From a virus: DNA of 64,000 nt. The first letter of the stretch is position 1. The number at the start of each line of letters is the position of its first letter. Where the stretch lies: the IMG/VR virus record IMGVR_UViG_3300017989_000002. One strand, 5' to 3'. Positions 1-8,057 of the stretch are shown here, one piece after another. A program made the position numbers and the translations under genes. The notes below the pieces were generated by a model. It searched no databases, was not told the DNA's origin, and saw nothing but the letters and a program-made list of their open reading frames with translations.

Positions 1-1
1 C

Positions 2-70
2 GACGCCGACGAGGTGGCCCGAACCCTGGACATCCTCGCCGACCAGGTCGAGCAGGGGGACGTGCCATGA
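2..70 (+). CDS. 3' end of a hypothetical protein (truncated by window edge)
   Basis: Open frame DADEVARTLDILADQVEQGDVP* with high GC3; stop overlaps next ATG (ATGA). Confidence 0.6.
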   Translation, partial: DADEVARTLDILADQVEQGDVP

Positions 71-297
71 CGGGCCGTCGTGTGATCGGCTTCGACCTCG
101 GGGACGAGACCTCCCGCCCGGCCATGACCCTCATGCGCGCCGACGGCGACACCCTCATGGTCGAGGATGCCGCCGTCGGCGAGGCCGAGGTGCAGGCGTT
201 CCGGGACAGGCACCGACTCGACGAGCGCAAGGTCCGCACGACCCATCGAGGGCTCATCGTGCTGGGCCCGGTCAGCCCTGGCGGAACAGGAAGCTGA
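67..297 (+). CDS. Hypothetical protein
   Basis: ATGA coupling with upstream gene; typical codon bias. Confidence 0.65.
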   Translation: MTGRRVIGFDLGDETSRPAMTLMRADGDTLMVEDAAVGEAEVQAFRDRHRLDERKVRTTHRGLIVLGPVSPGGTGS

Positions 298-1453
298 GCT
301 CTCGCAGGTAGGCCAGCTTCTCGAAGTCGGGGCTGCTCTTGTACGAGTCGAAGAGGCCCTGCACGCGCTGGAATTCAGCCGTGCTGCCGCCGCGGTCTGG
401 GTGGTTCTTCATCGCCCAGGCCCGGTAGGCCCGCTTGACCTCCTTCTTCGTCTTCACGCCCTTGAGGTCGACGCCGAAGGCCTTGGACAGCGGGGCGACG
501 TTCACGCTGGACCGGGGCGGGGTGCTGCCTCGGCCTCCGGAGCCCCACCCGCTTCTTCCGCCTCCCGAGCTGCCGCCGCCGTAGGTGCGGCGCCAGTCGT
601 CGCTTCCCCGGGAGCCGCCGCTCGATGCCCGGTAGTTCTTGGCCTCCGCGAAGTCGCGCTGCAGGTCTCGCCACTGCTGGTCGAAGTTGACCCCGCCGCG
701 CAGGCCCCGCAAGGACTGGGCAGAGCGGAACTGCGCTGCCCGGAGCTCGGCCATCGAGGGCGAGACGCCCTGTGCACGCAGGTGCTTGGCCAGCTCCGAG
801 GCACGGTCGTTGACCACGCCGTCCCAGGCACGCCTCGTCTCCCTCATGTCCCACGAGCTCGGGTCCCCTGGGGCGAAGTAGGTGGGCTTCGCACGGGTCC
901 AGCTACGGAAGACCGACTTCCCGTCCTTGAACTTCTGGATGTCGTCGTCCAGATCGCTCTTCCGGCTGTTCCGCCAGATGGGCGAGTCGGCATGCCGCTC
1001 TGCCCGAGACGTGAAGCTCGAGCGGTCGGCCTGCCTCGCGCTCTGGAACCGGGACCAGGTGGCCTCGTCGGCGTCGGCGGGGCGGTTGAACCTGTAGGTG
1101 CGGTCGAAGTTGGAGCCCGCCTCCTGGGTGGCGCGCGCCTTCTGCTGGTTGACGGCGTCGGTGAACCGCTTGAAGCTGGCCTGCCGAGTGCCGAGGTTCG
1201 CTCGGTTCTTGAGGTAGCGACCCGCAGATCCCACGCCGCCAGCACCAGCGCCGACTGCGGCCCCGATGCCCAGGCCCTTCAGCACCGCGTTCCGCTTGAA
1301 CGTCTTCTTGTCGCCCTTCTTCTTGCGCCAGTTGGCCTCGCCTACGTCATGGCCGATGGCGGCTCCGAGGGTACCGGCACCGAGCGCCCCGCCGGCGACG
1401 GGGGCAGCGTAGCGGAGCTTGCCGCGGAGCGAGAGCTTGGGAACGCGAGCCAT
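272..1453 (-). CDS. Basic Gly-rich protein with C-terminal DnaJ (J) domain
   Basis: KKEVKRAYRAWAMKNHPDRGGSTAEFQRV contains the HPD motif; two Gly-zipper segments at N-terminus; RBS AGGAGG before ATG 1453. Confidence 0.75.
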   Translation of the reverse strand: MARVPKLSLRGKLRYAAPVAGGALGAGTLGAAIGHDVGEANWRKKKGDKKTFKRNAVLKGLGIGAAVGAGAGGVGSAGRYLKNRANLGTRQASFKRFTDAVNQQKARATQEAGSNFDRTYRFNRPADADEATWSRFQSARQADRSSFTSRAERHADSPIWRNSRKSDLDDDIQKFKDGKSVFRSWTRAKPTYFAPGDPSSWDMRETRRAWDGVVNDRASELAKHLRAQGVSPSMAELRAAQFRSAQSLRGLRGGVNFDQQWRDLQRDFAEAKNYRASSGGSRGSDDWRRTYGGGSSGGGRSGWGSGGRGSTPPRSSVNVAPLSKAFGVDLKGVKTKKEVKRAYRAWAMKNHPDRGGSTAEFQRVQGLFDSYKSSPDFEKLAYLRELSFLFRQG

Positions 1454-1523
1454 GAGACCTCCTGGACGGGCCGAGCATAGCCCGAAGGCATCCTCCTGAC
1501 GTGCAATCCGCCCGGGCCACGCA

Positions 1524-1540
1524 CGCACAAGAGAGTGGAG
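1524..1540 (+). promoter_or_regulatory. Putative phage promoter motif CGCACAAG-N4-TGGAG
   Basis: CGCACAAGagagTGGAG, intergenic, upstream of ATG 1567; motif recurs before other + strand operons. Confidence 0.65.
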
Positions 1541-1566
1541 GGGACGTTCCCTTCACGGGAGGTCTC

Positions 1567-1785
1567 ATGAAGGAAGCCCACGCGGGGATGAGCTTGCGGG
1601 TGGCGAAGAAGCTGGCCCGCGAGCTCGGAGTGAAGGTCGAGTGCATCCGGCGCACCGGCGAGCTCCGGTTCGTCTACGGCGACAAGCGGGTCGTGCACAA
1701 CGCCCGACGCAAGGGGGCGAGCCGCACGCTCACGTGCATGCTCCGCCAGGTGCAGCAGCAACAGATGGAGGAGGCCTCGGGGTAA
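1567..1785 (+). CDS. Small basic hypothetical protein, possibly HicA/dsRBD-like fold
   Basis: GGAGG RBS; helix-3 strand-helix pattern; lacks HicA GSH motif. Confidence 0.6.
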   Translation: MKEAHAGMSLRVAKKLARELGVKVECIRRTGELRFVYGDKRVVHNARRKGASRTLTCMLRQVQQQQMEEASG

Positions 1786-1786
1786 C

Positions 1787-1803
1787 GCCCGGGGCCTCCG
1801 GGC
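1787..1803 (+). terminator. GC hairpin after stop codon (putative U-less terminator)
   Basis: GCCCGG-ggcct-CCGGGC directly after TAA 1785. Confidence 0.4.
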
Positions 1804-2079
1804 CGTCCAGTCATCTTCGGCCACGTGCCCGTGACGGGACGCAGCCCTACCACTTCTTGGTATGCGGACGACCTTTCCCACTTCATGTGCATCGCGGGGC
1901 CTACAGGTTCATGTGCGGGGAGCAGATCTGCGCTCTGTGCGGGTCAGGCACGGCATCGATTTCTGAAGTACCCCGAGCGTTGGTCGATACCCCAGGTTGC
2001 ACCTTGGACAAGTACGAGCCGGTGCTCACCAAACCTACCACCACATGTTCTTGAACACGCAAGAGTTCAGGTTGGACCT

Positions 2080-2096
2080 CGCATAAGTACCTGGAG
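2080..2096 (+). promoter_or_regulatory. Putative phage promoter motif CGCATAAG-N4-TGGAG
   Basis: CGCATAAGtaccTGGAG just upstream of RBS and ATG 2111, at the head of a coupled gene array. Confidence 0.7.
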
Positions 2097-2110
2097 AACA
2101 GGAGAACCTC

Positions 2111-2326
2111 ATGCCCAACCCCCTCGGAAACGTCTTCACCAACGGACGCGTGTCCCTCACCAAGTGCTTGATCTTCGGCCTCTCGGTCCTGTCGCAGGAC
2201 GGCTGGGTGCCCTGGTCGGAGCTGGACGAACAAGATCGAGACCTCGTGCGTCGCCTGCTGGACCACAACCCCACCTGCCCCACCGAGTGGAGCAACACCA
2301 TCTACGCCAAGGAGGCCGCAGCATGA
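2111..2326 (+). CDS. Hypothetical protein
   Basis: AGGAG RBS; coupled to next gene. Confidence 0.7.
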   Translation: MPNPLGNVFTNGRVSLTKCLIFGLSVLSQDGWVPWSELDEQDRDLVRRLLDHNPTCPTEWSNTIYAKEAAA

Positions 2327-2634
2327 GCGTCGTCACCACGGACGGGTACCTCTGGAACGGACATCGCTACCCCTGGTACCTGGTGTACTGGGAGGTGCGG
2401 GAGACCGCCGCCGAGGAGGAGGTGCTCGATGATGCGGGAGTGCTCTACGTCCCCATCGAGAGCCTCGACGAGGTCCCCGTCGAGTACGTGCTCGACCACC
2501 TCGAGGCCGACATCCACGGCGGTGATCCCGTCGGTGTGCTCGGCTACGTGCTCTCCGGGTCGTGCACCGCGTCCTGGGAAGAGTGTCACACCGCGGCCAT
2601 CGCCCTGGTCGCCCGCGCCAAGGAGCGTCCATGA
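2323..2634 (+). CDS. Acidic hypothetical protein (MSVVTTDG...)
   Basis: AAGGAGG RBS, ATGA overlap. Confidence 0.7.
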   Translation: MSVVTTDGYLWNGHRYPWYLVYWEVRETAAEEEVLDDAGVLYVPIESLDEVPVEYVLDHLEADIHGGDPVGVLGYVLSGSCTASWEECHTAAIALVARAKERP

Positions 2635-2876
2635 GCCATCCCTACATGCCCGCGCCCGGCTCGGCCCGCGGCTACCGATGCTGTCCCATCAGCGCCCGCG
2701 ACGTCGAGGGCTTGAGTCCCGACGAGATGGGCACCTACCTGTTCAACGGCGACGACTGCCATCTCACGGTGTCGGTCCCGCAGTCGGCGAGGCCTGTCCT
2801 GTACTGGCCCATCGACGAGGACGCCGCCCGGGCTCTGCGCGCCTGGACCGACACCCACCTGGAGGTGCCGACGTGA
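2631..2876 (+). CDS. Hypothetical protein (MSHPYMP...)
   Basis: AAGGAG RBS, ATGA overlap. Confidence 0.7.
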   Translation: MSHPYMPAPGSARGYRCCPISARDVEGLSPDEMGTYLFNGDDCHLTVSVPQSARPVLYWPIDEDAARALRAWTDTHLEVPT

Positions 2877-3202
2877 TGCCTGCCGAGGTGTGCACCTTCA
2901 GCCTCCCGCGCCGCGGGGGGAAGGAGCTGCGCCTGCGCCTGGTCAGGACGGCGTACCTCGACAGTGGCAGCATCTCGTTCGTGGTCTTCGTGGCCTCGGA
3001 CGGGATGCCGTACACGCAGCTCTCGCGTGAGCCCGCCGCGCCGGTGGGTGAGCTCGAGTTCGTTGCGGATGCGAACAGCCGCGTCGTGATGTCCATCCTC
3101 GACCACCTGCCCTTCTTCACGCCCGCCGACCGCCGCCAGGTGGTCGAGGGCGTCAGCTACCCCATCTGGACCTTCAACCCCGCAGAGGTGCCCCTTGACT
3201 GA
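2876..3202 (+). CDS. Hypothetical protein (MPAEVCTF...)
   Basis: GGAGGT RBS, TGATG overlap. Confidence 0.7.
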   Translation: MPAEVCTFSLPRRGGKELRLRLVRTAYLDSGSISFVVFVASDGMPYTQLSREPAAPVGELEFVADANSRVVMSILDHLPFFTPADRRQVVEGVSYPIWTFNPAEVPLD

Positions 3203-3473
3203 CAACAACCTCCCCGCCCCGGGAACGCAAGTCTGCTACCGTGCCAGCGCCGTCAACCCCCTCGACCCCCAGGCGCGCTGGCGAGGGACGGTCACCGACG
3301 ACCCGCCCTCCGGAACGTGGGTGCAGGTGAAGTGGCGAGCCACCGACCCGAACTCCCCCGTCCGGAGCTGGGTGGACGCTGCCCTGCTCGCCGTGCCCGG
3401 CAGCGTGGCCGCCAACGACCGTCACCACAAGGGCCCCGCGCACTGGCCCGCCGCCAACCCGGAGGGAGCGTGA
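3195..3473 (+). CDS. Hypothetical protein, possible SH3-like barrel
   Basis: TTG start after GAGGT; PGTQV...GTV...VQVKW pattern. Confidence 0.6.
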   Translation: MTDNNLPAPGTQVCYRASAVNPLDPQARWRGTVTDDPPSGTWVQVKWRATDPNSPVRSWVDAALLAVPGSVAANDRHHKGPAHWPAANPEGA

Positions 3474-3859
3474 TCTACAAGGCCCGCATCCGAGAGACCG
3501 TGACCCGCACCCGCACGGTGTGGGTGGAGGCAGACACCTCGGCCGACGCCAGCGGCGAGGTGATGCTCGGCAACGTCCTGGCCTCCGTGACCGAGGACGA
3601 GGAGGCTACGCACGTCGAGGGTCTGCTCGACCTGGTGCCCTCGCACATGCCCGAGGATGCCGCGCGCCTGCTCGAGCTCAAGGCGGGGCTGCTGAAGAGC
3701 ATCGGCTACCTCGATGCCATCTGGACCCGCCTGTCCTTCATCCAGAGCCACCCGCTGGTGGGCACGCTCGGCCTGGCCGCCATCGCGGTGACCAAGCTGA
3801 CCAACCTGCTCGACAACGCGGCGAGGGCCATGGACCCGCCGAAGGAGGACGGAGCGTGA
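3470..3859 (+). CDS. Hypothetical protein (VIYKARIR...)
   Basis: GTGA overlap, GGAG RBS. Confidence 0.7.
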   Translation: MIYKARIRETVTRTRTVWVEADTSADASGEVMLGNVLASVTEDEEATHVEGLLDLVPSHMPEDAARLLELKAGLLKSIGYLDAIWTRLSFIQSHPLVGTLGLAAIAVTKLTNLLDNAARAMDPPKEDGA

Positions 3860-4086
3860 TCTACGTCATCTACGAGGACCGCGAGACCGGAGAGGTGCTG
3901 GGCACCAAGCACCACACGACCACCGTCCCGGGCTCGCGCGACACGCTCATCGATCTCGGAGACGGCAGGGGCGAGCGGCGCGTGTCCTGGTCCCGCTGGC
4001 AGTACGACGAGAGAAAGTGGCCCGAGTCCCTCCAGGGCATGGACCGCGTGCACTGCGAGGCGGTCGTCACCATCGACCTCATCTGA
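3856..4086 (+). CDS. Hypothetical protein (VIYVIYED...)
   Basis: GTGA overlap, GGAG RBS. Confidence 0.65.
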   Translation: MIYVIYEDRETGEVLGTKHHTTTVPGSRDTLIDLGDGRGERRVSWSRWQYDERKWPESLQGMDRVHCEAVVTIDLI

Positions 4087-4091
4087 CCTAC

Positions 4092-4117
4092 ACGGGGGCG
4101 CCTTCGGGCGTCCCCGT
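4092..4117 (+). terminator. UUCG-tetraloop hairpin, putative terminator
   Basis: ACGGGGGCGCC-TTCG-GGCGTCCCCGT after stop 4086 and before next promoter motif. Confidence 0.6.
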
Positions 4118-4144
4118 CCGGCACGAAATCGCCTTCTTCTGCGT

Positions 4145-4161
4145 CGCACAAGAACTTGGAG
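4145..4161 (+). promoter_or_regulatory. Putative phage promoter motif CGCACAAG-N4-TGGAG
   Basis: CGCACAAGaactTGGAG followed by AAGGAGG RBS. Confidence 0.7.
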
Positions 4162-4175
4162 AGAAGGAGGCATTC

Positions 4176-4376
4176 GTGAGGATGAACGACAACGAACACC
4201 GAACGTGTCTCCTCTGCGAGAAGCGGATGGAGGTCGGTGCGCGCATGGTCTGGGCCGGAGACGGCTGGGCCCACTACGCGTGTCGGTTCCCGGACGCATC
4301 TCGCCGCGCCGAGGCGCGTGCCAAGATCGAGAACCAGCAGGGGACGCTGTTCCCCGAACCCAGGAGAACCCCATGA
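4176..4376 (+). CDS. Small Zn-finger-like protein
   Basis: CLLC...HYAC motif; AAGGAGG RBS (start GTG 4176 or ATG 4182). Confidence 0.65.
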   Translation: MRMNDNEHRTCLLCEKRMEVGARMVWAGDGWAHYACRFPDASRRAEARAKIENQQGTLFPEPRRTP

Positions 4377-4621
4377 GCGACAAGCACAAGGTCAAGGGCG
4401 GAGCCGTCCACGGCAATACGCGCCACCAGCGTCTCAACCACGAGCAGGCCCGGCAGAAGCGGTGGGCCAAGGCGTACCTCGCCCAGTTCGAGGGCCAGGG
4501 CACCCTGACCCGCCGGCGCATCCGCGAGGCCCAGCCGCCCCTCTCCAACTGGCAGCGCCGCGCCCTGCGGAAGTACCTGCCGGTGGCGCGCAAGGCGTTC
4601 ACCGCCAAGGGGCTGCGCTGA
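4373..4621 (+). CDS. Small basic hypothetical protein (MSDKHKVK...)
   Basis: AGGAG RBS, ATGA overlap. Confidence 0.7.
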   Translation: MSDKHKVKGGAVHGNTRHQRLNHEQARQKRWAKAYLAQFEGQGTLTRRRIREAQPPLSNWQRRALRKYLPVARKAFTAKGLR

Positions 4622-4872
4622 TGGTGCTCGTCACCATCAAGGACAGCATCACCGGCAAGAGGCTGGGCGAGTTCTGGTCGGTGGCTCCCGCCCCCGTCGA
4701 GGGCAGCTACGTCATGGTGCGCGGCGAGCACGACCACCCCCGGCCGTGCCGCGTGGCCTACGTGGTCTGGGACTGGGTCAAGCAGCACCCGCCCGGCGCC
4801 GCGCCCGGCGTGCAGCACGTGCCGACCGTCGAGGTCAACGTGCGCCTGAACAGCGAGCTCCCCGTGGGCTGA
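4621..4872 (+). CDS. Hypothetical protein (MVLVTIKD...)
   Basis: TGATG overlap; high GC3. Confidence 0.65.
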   Translation: MVLVTIKDSITGKRLGEFWSVAPAPVEGSYVMVRGEHDHPRPCRVAYVVWDWVKQHPPGAAPGVQHVPTVEVNVRLNSELPVG

Positions 4873-4882
4873 TGCGACGCGG

Positions 4883-4915
4883 CCCGACCGGGTACCTGAT
4901 GGGTACCCGGTCGGG
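4883..4915. terminator. 14-bp perfect hairpin
   Basis: CCCGACCGGGTACC-tgatg-GGTACCCGGTCGGG after stop 4872. Confidence 0.55.
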
Positions 4916-4986
4916 TCGTCCCCGTGCTCCCTCCTTCTTCGCCCGCCTTCACAAGATGTGGTAAGGAGACGACGGAGGTGCCCATC

Positions 4987-5370
4987 ATGGATGTCCAGGA
5001 AGCCATCAAGTTCGACAGCCGCGCCCACCGTCTCCGGTCCCATCCGAGCGAGAACGTGCGACGCGCCGCGGCCAAGGCCATCAAGGCGAAGCGCACCGAG
5101 GGCCTCGACGTCGCCCGGGCCATCCTCGACGCGGTGCCCGAGCTGCAGGAGAAGCACCTCATCGACCTCCTGGTCGACGACATGGATGTGCAGAACGCCG
5201 GCGTCGCTGCCCGCCACGTGCGCGCCGGCGAGGTGGCCGTGGAGGGCAAGATCGCGACCAACGTGCGTCAGGTCGTGCACCTGGGCGAGAAGGTCACCAT
5301 CACGGCGTCCCGGGGCCCGAAGAAGGGGCAGGTCCTCAAGTCCTTCACGCCCACCGCCGACGACGAGTGA
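4987..5370 (+). CDS. Hypothetical protein (MDVQEAIK...)
   Basis: GGAGGT RBS; promoter-motif variant TTCACAAG at 4948. Confidence 0.75.
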   Translation: MDVQEAIKFDSRAHRLRSHPSENVRRAAAKAIKAKRTEGLDVARAILDAVPELQEKHLIDLLVDDMDVQNAGVAARHVRAGEVAVEGKIATNVRQVVHLGEKVTITASRGPKKGQVLKSFTPTADDE

Positions 5371-5729
5371 TCGGGGTCGACGGGGAGCGGTTCTACGAGC
5401 TCCCCGGCCTCCCGCCGCGCATCTACTTCGACGAGGACGCCTGGGCCTGGATGACGGGCCTGCACGCCCTCATCCAGGAGGCGATGCAGCGCGGAGCTCC
5501 TCGGCAGATCTGGCGCGAGCTCGCGACCCTGCTCGACAACCTCGAGCGGGACGGCACGCACGTCGTGGTCAGAGGTCACGGGCAGCTCGCCGTCTACGGA
5601 GACAGGCCTGGCCTGTCCCCGGTGAGCAAGGGCAACCTGCGCAAGACCGGCGTGCTGGCCTTCTTGGGTCCGTCCAGCATTGGGCCCTTCGACTTCCAGG
5701 ACGCCTGGTGGGCTGTGGCCTACGACTGA
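5367..5729 (+). CDS. Hypothetical protein
   Basis: GTGA overlap. Confidence 0.65.
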   Translation: MIGVDGERFYELPGLPPRIYFDEDAWAWMTGLHALIQEAMQRGAPRQIWRELATLLDNLERDGTHVVVRGHGQLAVYGDRPGLSPVSKGNLRKTGVLAFLGPSSIGPFDFQDAWWAVAYD

Positions 5730-5748
5730 AGGTTCGCGCGCCGTCTGG

Positions 5749-5765
5749 CGCATAAGGGTGTGAGG
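5749..5765 (+). promoter_or_regulatory. Putative phage promoter motif CGCATAAG
   Basis: CGCATAAGggtgTGAGG, intergenic, upstream of ATG 5788. Confidence 0.6.
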
Positions 5766-5787
5766 CCCAGAACTTCGGAGGACCCTC

Positions 5788-6729
5788 ATGCTCACCATCC
5801 GCGACATCAACTTCGACCTGCTCTCCCGCGTCCGAGGCGCGCTCGCCGCCAAGCCCGACTCCTTCGACATGGACGTGTGGTTCCAGCCGAACGGGGATCT
5901 CAGCCGCACCATGCACAGCGCCCTCAGCAGCGCCATCGCCGACGGCGTGGACCTCACCGAGAAGGTCACGCCCTCTCACGTCTACGAAGACACGCTCCCG
6001 ACGCTCCCGGGCGAGCTCCTGCCCTACCTGCCTGCCGAGGAGCAGGAGGACTGGTGCGGGACCACGGCCTGCATCGCGGGTCACGCCATCCTGCTCGACC
6101 GCGACGTCGACGTCGCCGATCTGCGCAGCCTGGTCTCCAAGGTGTACCAGCAGAAGGTCATGCGCAGCACCACGGGCGCGCGCGACGAGGCGCACCGCGT
6201 CCTGTGCCTGCCCGGGTACTCGCACTGCGCCTCCGCCCTGTTCGACAAGGGGGAGTGGCCCTGGGGGCACATCGAGCAGAACTGGACCGACGAGATCGAC
6301 CTCGGCAACGACTGCGACGTGGCGATCCGCATCCTCGACGGCATGCTCAAGGGAGAGGTCCGCTTCCACCTCGACGCGCACGGCAACTCGGACTGGGACA
6401 CCGACGAGACCGGCTACGAGATCTTGCCCGCGGCCTACGTGGACAGCCTCGTCGTCGGGGCCGAGACCTGGGTGGCGCCGCAGATGCCCATCTCCGAGCC
6501 CTGGGCAGCGCCTCACATCGCGGCCAAGGTCGTGGAGGTCCACGACGACTGCCTGGTGCTGGGCGTGGACGAGAGCCGCAACACGCTGGAGCCCGAGGAC
6601 GAGGACGTCGAGGAGTACGAGCGTCGCAACTACTCGTGGGAGGGGCCCATGCGCTTCTGGCGCCGGAACGGCGTCCTCGTCTCCTCCATCGGGTTCAGCG
6701 TCAGCGAGACGCAGGAGCGTGGCTCGTGA
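5788..6729 (+). CDS. Acidic hypothetical phage protein with CGTTACIAGH motif
   Basis: GGAGG RBS; FDMDVW...WCGTTACIAGHA. Confidence 0.75.
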   Translation: MLTIRDINFDLLSRVRGALAAKPDSFDMDVWFQPNGDLSRTMHSALSSAIADGVDLTEKVTPSHVYEDTLPTLPGELLPYLPAEEQEDWCGTTACIAGHAILLDRDVDVADLRSLVSKVYQQKVMRSTTGARDEAHRVLCLPGYSHCASALFDKGEWPWGHIEQNWTDEIDLGNDCDVAIRILDGMLKGEVRFHLDAHGNSDWDTDETGYEILPAAYVDSLVVGAETWVAPQMPISEPWAAPHIAAKVVEVHDDCLVLGVDESRNTLEPEDEDVEEYERRNYSWEGPMRFWRRNGVLVSSIGFSVSETQERGS

Positions 6730-6959
6730 ACTGGCACATCGTACTCGTCAACGACACGGCCTTCGCCATCGTGCCCCCGGGCGGAGACCTGGCGGGCGTG
6801 CGCGACAGCGCGCGCGCCTTCGTCGCGAAGCACCACGGCCCCGACCGGCTGGATCTCAGCTCCTTCGTGCACGTGAAGGAGGCCCCGCTGCTGGGGTGCG
6901 ACGTCATCCCGGCCCGGCACATGTTCCTCATCGACCCGACCGCGCCCAAGGAGGCCTGA
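6726..6959 (+). CDS. Hypothetical protein (VNWHIVLV...)
   Basis: GTGA overlap, AGGAG RBS. Confidence 0.65.
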   Translation: MNWHIVLVNDTAFAIVPPGGDLAGVRDSARAFVAKHHGPDRLDLSSFVHVKEAPLLGCDVIPARHMFLIDPTAPKEA

Positions 6960-7249
6960 TGCCCTTCCACTTCTGCCCGCACGAGGCGGCCGCCATCGCC
7001 GCTGCCCTCCCCTTCCTGTCCTACGTCCTGCTCTGGTTCCGCGTCCGCCTGTTCGGCCGCAAGGAGGTCTCATGCCCGTCACCCTCGTCGTGCCCAACGA
7101 CCAGCTCCCCGCCCGGATCCCCATCCACTCCCCCGTCCAGCTGCGAGGAGGAGGACACGGTGTGCTCGTCCGGCGAGAGCACGGTCGTCGCCTTCCCGTC
7201 GAGGTCGTCTTCGGAGACGAGCGAGTCGCCCTCTCCGAAGACGACCTGA
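6959..7249 (+). CDS. Small membrane protein (MPFHFCPHE...)
   Basis: AAGGAGG RBS, TGATG overlap; one hydrophobic helix; 3' part overlaps next gene out of frame. Confidence 0.5.
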   Translation: MPFHFCPHEAAAIAAALPFLSYVLLWFRVRLFGRKEVSCPSPSSCPTTSSPPGSPSTPPSSCEEEDTVCSSGESTVVAFPSRSSSETSESPSPKTT

Positions 7250-7671
7250 TGCTCGACGTGCGAGCACCGCACGAGCTCGCCCAGCACACCGGCGTGCTAG
7301 GCACCGACGCCCTCCCGACGCTGGTGCGCATGCTGGGCCGGTCTCTGATGGGGCCGCCGAGCTTCAAGGGGCCTGCCGTGCCTCCGCACTTCGTGGACGG
7401 TGGCGCGCTCATGCCCACGCTTCGCTACGACCACAGCATCGAGGTCTGGTGCCTGCAGCTCCTCGGCTACGGCTGGTGCTTCAGCGGGGACGCGGCGCAG
7501 ATGGTGTACGAGCTCTCCGACCCCGACCACGTCATCCACGTCCCCGACCTCGCCGAGCTCGAGACGCAGAACGTCAAGGACATCGACATCCGCCGAGCCG
7601 CCGTGCTCATCACCCTGTCCAAGCCCTGGACACAGACCATCGACCTGGGAGTTCCCTATGGGACTGACTGA
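7072..7671 (+). CDS. Hypothetical protein
   Basis: AAGGAGG RBS; high GC3. Confidence 0.7.
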   Translation: MPVTLVVPNDQLPARIPIHSPVQLRGGGHGVLVRREHGRRLPVEVVFGDERVALSEDDLMLDVRAPHELAQHTGVLGTDALPTLVRMLGRSLMGPPSFKGPAVPPHFVDGGALMPTLRYDHSIEVWCLQLLGYGWCFSGDAAQMVYELSDPDHVIHVPDLAELETQNVKDIDIRRAAVLITLSKPWTQTIDLGVPYGTD

Positions 7672-8056
7672 CCACGTGAGCGCCGCAGCCATCATCATCG
7701 AGCTGCTCGAGCGCAGCGAGGCCGAGGAGCACATCGACACTGGCGAGGCCCTCGACGCCCTGCGCCTCGCCCTCGCGGAGCTCCGAGGAGGCATCACGGC
7801 CTCGGACGTGCTGTCCGACCTGCTGGGCCAGTTCGAGGACAAGCGCAAGCTGGTGTTCGAGCTCGAGGCCTACGAGGACGAGGACAGCCCCGTGCAGGGA
7901 CGCCTGGACAGCGCTGTCGGCCCCATCGACGTCGACGGCGAGAGCGGGTGCGTGGTGCGCCTGGACGTGCTCGAGGGCGAGGACCAGCGCGGCACCTACT
8001 ACCGAGGGGCCGACGTGCTCGAGGCCCTCCTGCGAGCCAAGGAGGGCTGCTCGTGA
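7658..8056 (+). CDS. Acidic hypothetical protein (MGLTDHVS...)
   Basis: GGGAG RBS; high GC3. Confidence 0.7.
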   Translation: MGLTDHVSAAAIIIELLERSEAEEHIDTGEALDALRLALAELRGGITASDVLSDLLGQFEDKRKLVFELEAYEDEDSPVQGRLDSAVGPIDVDGESGCVVRLDVLEGEDQRGTYYRGADVLEALLRAKEGCS

Positions 8057-8057
8057 G

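Noticed and set aside
1451-1569. 12-bp perfect inverted repeat CATGAGACCTCC / GGAGGTCTCATG flanking a divergent promoter gap (possible invertible switch)
   Set aside because: It is just RBS plus ATG of two divergent genes; the same GGAGGTCTCATG occurs at 7063-7074, and no invertase is visible
3466-3864. 14-bp direct repeat GGAGCGTGATCTAC at two consecutive gene junctions
   Set aside because: Explained by shared RBS/GTGA coupling; only two copies, so not an att site or array that can be supported
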